A stretch of 64,000 bases of DNA from Spirochaetia bacterium (lineage in GTDB: Bacteria > Spirochaetota > Spirochaetia > SZUA-6 > Bin103), in NCBI GenBank assembly GCA_965198005.1, contig CBDAOI010000002.1:832001-896000 (forward strand), given 5' to 3'. Below are positions 61,693 to 64,000 of the stretch, piece after piece (position 1 is the stretch's first letter; each line of letters starts with the position of its first letter). The position numbers were made by a program, and so were the translations under genes. The notes under the pieces were generated by a model. It was not told the origin of the DNA, made no database searches, and saw only the letters and a list, made by a program, of their open reading frames with translations.

Positions 61693-63609
61693 ATGCGCAT
61701 AACCCGGATCGAGATTCAGAACTTCCGATCGATCCGCCACTTGGTGGTCGATCTCGGGAAGACGACGGTGTTCGTCGGCCCCAACAACGCCGGCAAGACG
61801 GCGATTCTCGACGCGCTGCGGATCGCCCTGACCCGCCGCTGGGGACAGCGCGGGACGGGATTCAGCGAGTACGACGTCCACCTTGCGGATGACGCGGCCG
61901 ATCCGAAGGCCTCCGGCGGCGTGAGCATCGAGCTGCGCTCCGAGGAGTCCGCTCCACAAGAGTGGTCGGACGCCATCACCGAGGATCTCGGGGACATCGT
62001 ACAACTGGACCTGAATACCGGTCGCCGGTCCATCACCCTGAGAACCCGGTGCGCGTGGAGCGAGGAGAGCGGCGCCTTCGAGCCAAGCTGGGAATTCCTC
62101 GACGCCAGGCGCGAACCACTCGTCGGGAGCAGCGCCCGGCGCATCAACCTCGAACGCTTCTGGCGCTATCTACCGGCGTTCTATCTCGGCGCGCTGCGGA
62201 ACGCGGGCGACGAGTTTTCGCCGCGGTCTTCGCAGTTCTGGACAGGGCTGCTCAAGGCGTTGGAAATCCCCGCCGGCCTCGAATCCCGGGCGTTGCGGGT
62301 GCTCGACCTGCTCAACCGCCGTCTGCTGAAAGCCGACCCGCGCCTAGGAGACATTGCCGCGACAATCTCGGGCGCTACGAGAATCGCGGCGCGGGATAGG
62401 GACGGCAGCCTGGACCTGCGGATGGTGCCGCTCAAGATGTGGGATCTGCTGTCCAAGGCCGAGATCATCCTGCGCAACGAGCCGGATTCCCCTTGGTTGC
62501 CGCTCCTGCGCCAGGGGCAGGGCATTCAGAGCCTGTCCGTCATTTTCCTGTTCCAGGCGTTCGTCGATCATCTGTTGGGGGAGTTGTACGAGCCCGGTAG
62601 CGAGCCGGTGCTCGCCCTGGAGGAACCGGAGACGCACCTCCATCCCCAGGCGGTACGCACGCTGTGGCGGCATATCAGCGCGTTGCCCGGTCAGAAGATC
62701 GTCACCACCCACTCGCCGTACTTCGTCCAGCACGTGCCGTTCCGGGACTTGCGGCTGGTACGGCTTACGGCGAACGGGACCGAAGTTCGCTCGCTTCCGG
62801 CCAGTTTTTCGACCACAATTCCGGCGCTCGATGGACTGGAAGCGGTGGTGGTGAAATCGGAGGCGCGACTGAGCTACGAACGCGTACCCGAGACCCTCAC
62901 CGTTCACGGCGCGCTCGACGAGACGACCTACCGCGCCCTACTCGCCGGCTGCGGCGGACACGAGAACCGCGCCGATCTCGAACAGAAGTTGCGGGACTTG
63001 CGGAACCGCTCGTCCCATTACATCGACGACGACGAGCTACGGTCTCTCGAAACCTACGCCCGGCGAATGCGCGGAGAGATTTTCTTCGCCGAGCGCTGGC
63101 TCATCGTCGAAGGCCAGGCCGACTACTTGATCGTGCACGCAGTGGCGAACGCGCTGGGTTACGACCTGGACGAACACGGTGTGTCCGTCATCGACGCCCA
63201 AAACAACGGCAACCCGACAACCTTCGCGGTGCTTGCCCGCGCGCTCGACATTCCCTGGCTGGCGGTGTTCGATGGTGATGAAGCCGGGCAGCGCTACGTT
63301 GAGGCCATCCGCAAGCGGGGATTCGCCATCGGCGAGATTGACCGCCGGTGTCGAACCCATCCCGCCGGCGACCTGGAGGCGCAGCTCTTGAACGACGGCC
63401 TCGGCCCGGAGTTGAGGGATACGCTGGCGGCGTTGGGCATCCACGATGCGGCCAAGCTGGATGACCAAGCCCTTTTGAGTCGATTGCGGGACAACAAGAC
63501 CGCCTACGCCGCGGCTCTCGCGGCCCACCTCCGCGATGACCCCGGTCTGGCGCAACGGGCGCCCGAAGCGTTCCGGGCCGCCATCGAGCAACTGCGGGGG
63601 TTGACGTGA
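61693..63609 (+). CDS. OLD-family ABC ATPase-TOPRIM nuclease (GajA-like)
   Basis: NFRSI, GPNNAGKT, GQGIQS, EEPETHLHPQ, TTHSP; TOPRIM IVEG.AD and FDGD. Confidence 0.9.
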   Translation: MRITRIEIQNFRSIRHLVVDLGKTTVFVGPNNAGKTAILDALRIALTRRWGQRGTGFSEYDVHLADDAADPKASGGVSIELRSEESAPQEWSDAITEDLGDIVQLDLNTGRRSITLRTRCAWSEESGAFEPSWEFLDARREPLVGSSARRINLERFWRYLPAFYLGALRNAGDEFSPRSSQFWTGLLKALEIPAGLESRALRVLDLLNRRLLKADPRLGDIAATISGATRIAARDRDGSLDLRMVPLKMWDLLSKAEIILRNEPDSPWLPLLRQGQGIQSLSVIFLFQAFVDHLLGELYEPGSEPVLALEEPETHLHPQAVRTLWRHISALPGQKIVTTHSPYFVQHVPFRDLRLVRLTANGTEVRSLPASFSTTIPALDGLEAVVVKSEARLSYERVPETLTVHGALDETTYRALLAGCGGHENRADLEQKLRDLRNRSSHYIDDDELRSLETYARRMRGEIFFAERWLIVEGQADYLIVHAVANALGYDLDEHGVSVIDAQNNGNPTTFAVLARALDIPWLAVFDGDEAGQRYVEAIRKRGFAIGEIDRRCRTHPAGDLEAQLLNDGLGPELRDTLAALGIHDAAKLDDQALLSRLRDNKTAYAAALAAHLRDDPGLAQRAPEAFRAAIEQLRGLT

Positions 63610-64000
63610 TCGACACTCCACTCGAAACGAGCTTGCACGAATTGACCGACATCCAGCGGCGCGCCGTGGAGTGGGACGATGGCCCCCTGCTCGTATTGGC
63701 CGGCCCCGGCTCGGGCAAGACCCGCGTGCTTACCTGCCGGGTCGCACGCCTGCTGGAAGCCTCGCGCGAGCAGCGCTTTCGCATTCTGGCTCTGACGTTT
63801 ACGACCAAGGCGGCGCATGAAATGGCGAATCGGGTGACCGCCTTGGCGCCCGGCCTCGAAGGACGGGCGAACATCGTCACCTTCCACGGATTCTGCGCCC
63901 AAGTCTTGCGGCAGCACGGCGTGCATCTCGGAATCAAGCCGAACTTTGCCATCTACTCGCGGACCTCGGATCGACAGGCCGTGTTGGAAGATGCCATCGG
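63606..64000 (+). CDS. UvrD-family helicase (GajB-like), runs off window end
   Basis: GTGA overlap with OLD; LTDIQRRAV...LVLAGPGSGKTRVL, LTFTTKAA.EM, TFHGFC; paralog of 10217..12139. Confidence 0.9.
   Translation, partial: MIDTPLETSLHELTDIQRRAVEWDDGPLLVLAGPGSGKTRVLTCRVARLLEASREQRFRILALTFTTKAAHEMANRVTALAPGLEGRANIVTFHGFCAQVLRQHGVHLGIKPNFAIYSRTSDRQAVLEDAI

Noticed and set aside
57026-64000. Calling the locus DISARM or classical BREX
   Set aside because: No DrmA/DrmB/PLD, PglZ, BrxC or BrxL visible; only the SNF2-DUF3883/DUF1156 and OLD/UvrD components are supported

Overview
High-GC bacterial chromosomal window, most likely a Spirochaetota member (inferred from gene content and order, not proven). 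The backbone is housekeeping: an Opp/Dpp peptide ABC operon, thrS, secDF-yajC, groEL, birA, 2-oxoacid dehydrogenase E1a/E1b/E2, tRNA-Cys, an ECF sigma/anti-sigma cluster behind cysS, macro domain-NFACT-murD, a FemX-like ligase, hflKC, murE, rplM-rpsI, recX and eno. The most interesting element is a composite anti-phage-type locus at 56.8-64 kb: dead HTH, SNF2-DUF3883 helicase-nuclease, DUF932-like protein, OLD ATPase-TOPRIM nuclease and UvrD helicase (Gabija-like pair). A second, diverged and collapsed copy of the same operon lies at 9.4-12.3 kb. It preserves the order SNF2 > OLD > UvrD > DUF1156-type methyltransferase and carries a multi-kb deletion coupled to a ~120-bp in-place inversion. 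Many intergenic gaps are packed with short colinear gene shards: TA genes, transposases, a PKS ER domain, an LRR, and an ABC operon reduced to about 0.7 kb. All family assignments come from motif recognition by eye; no database searches were run.
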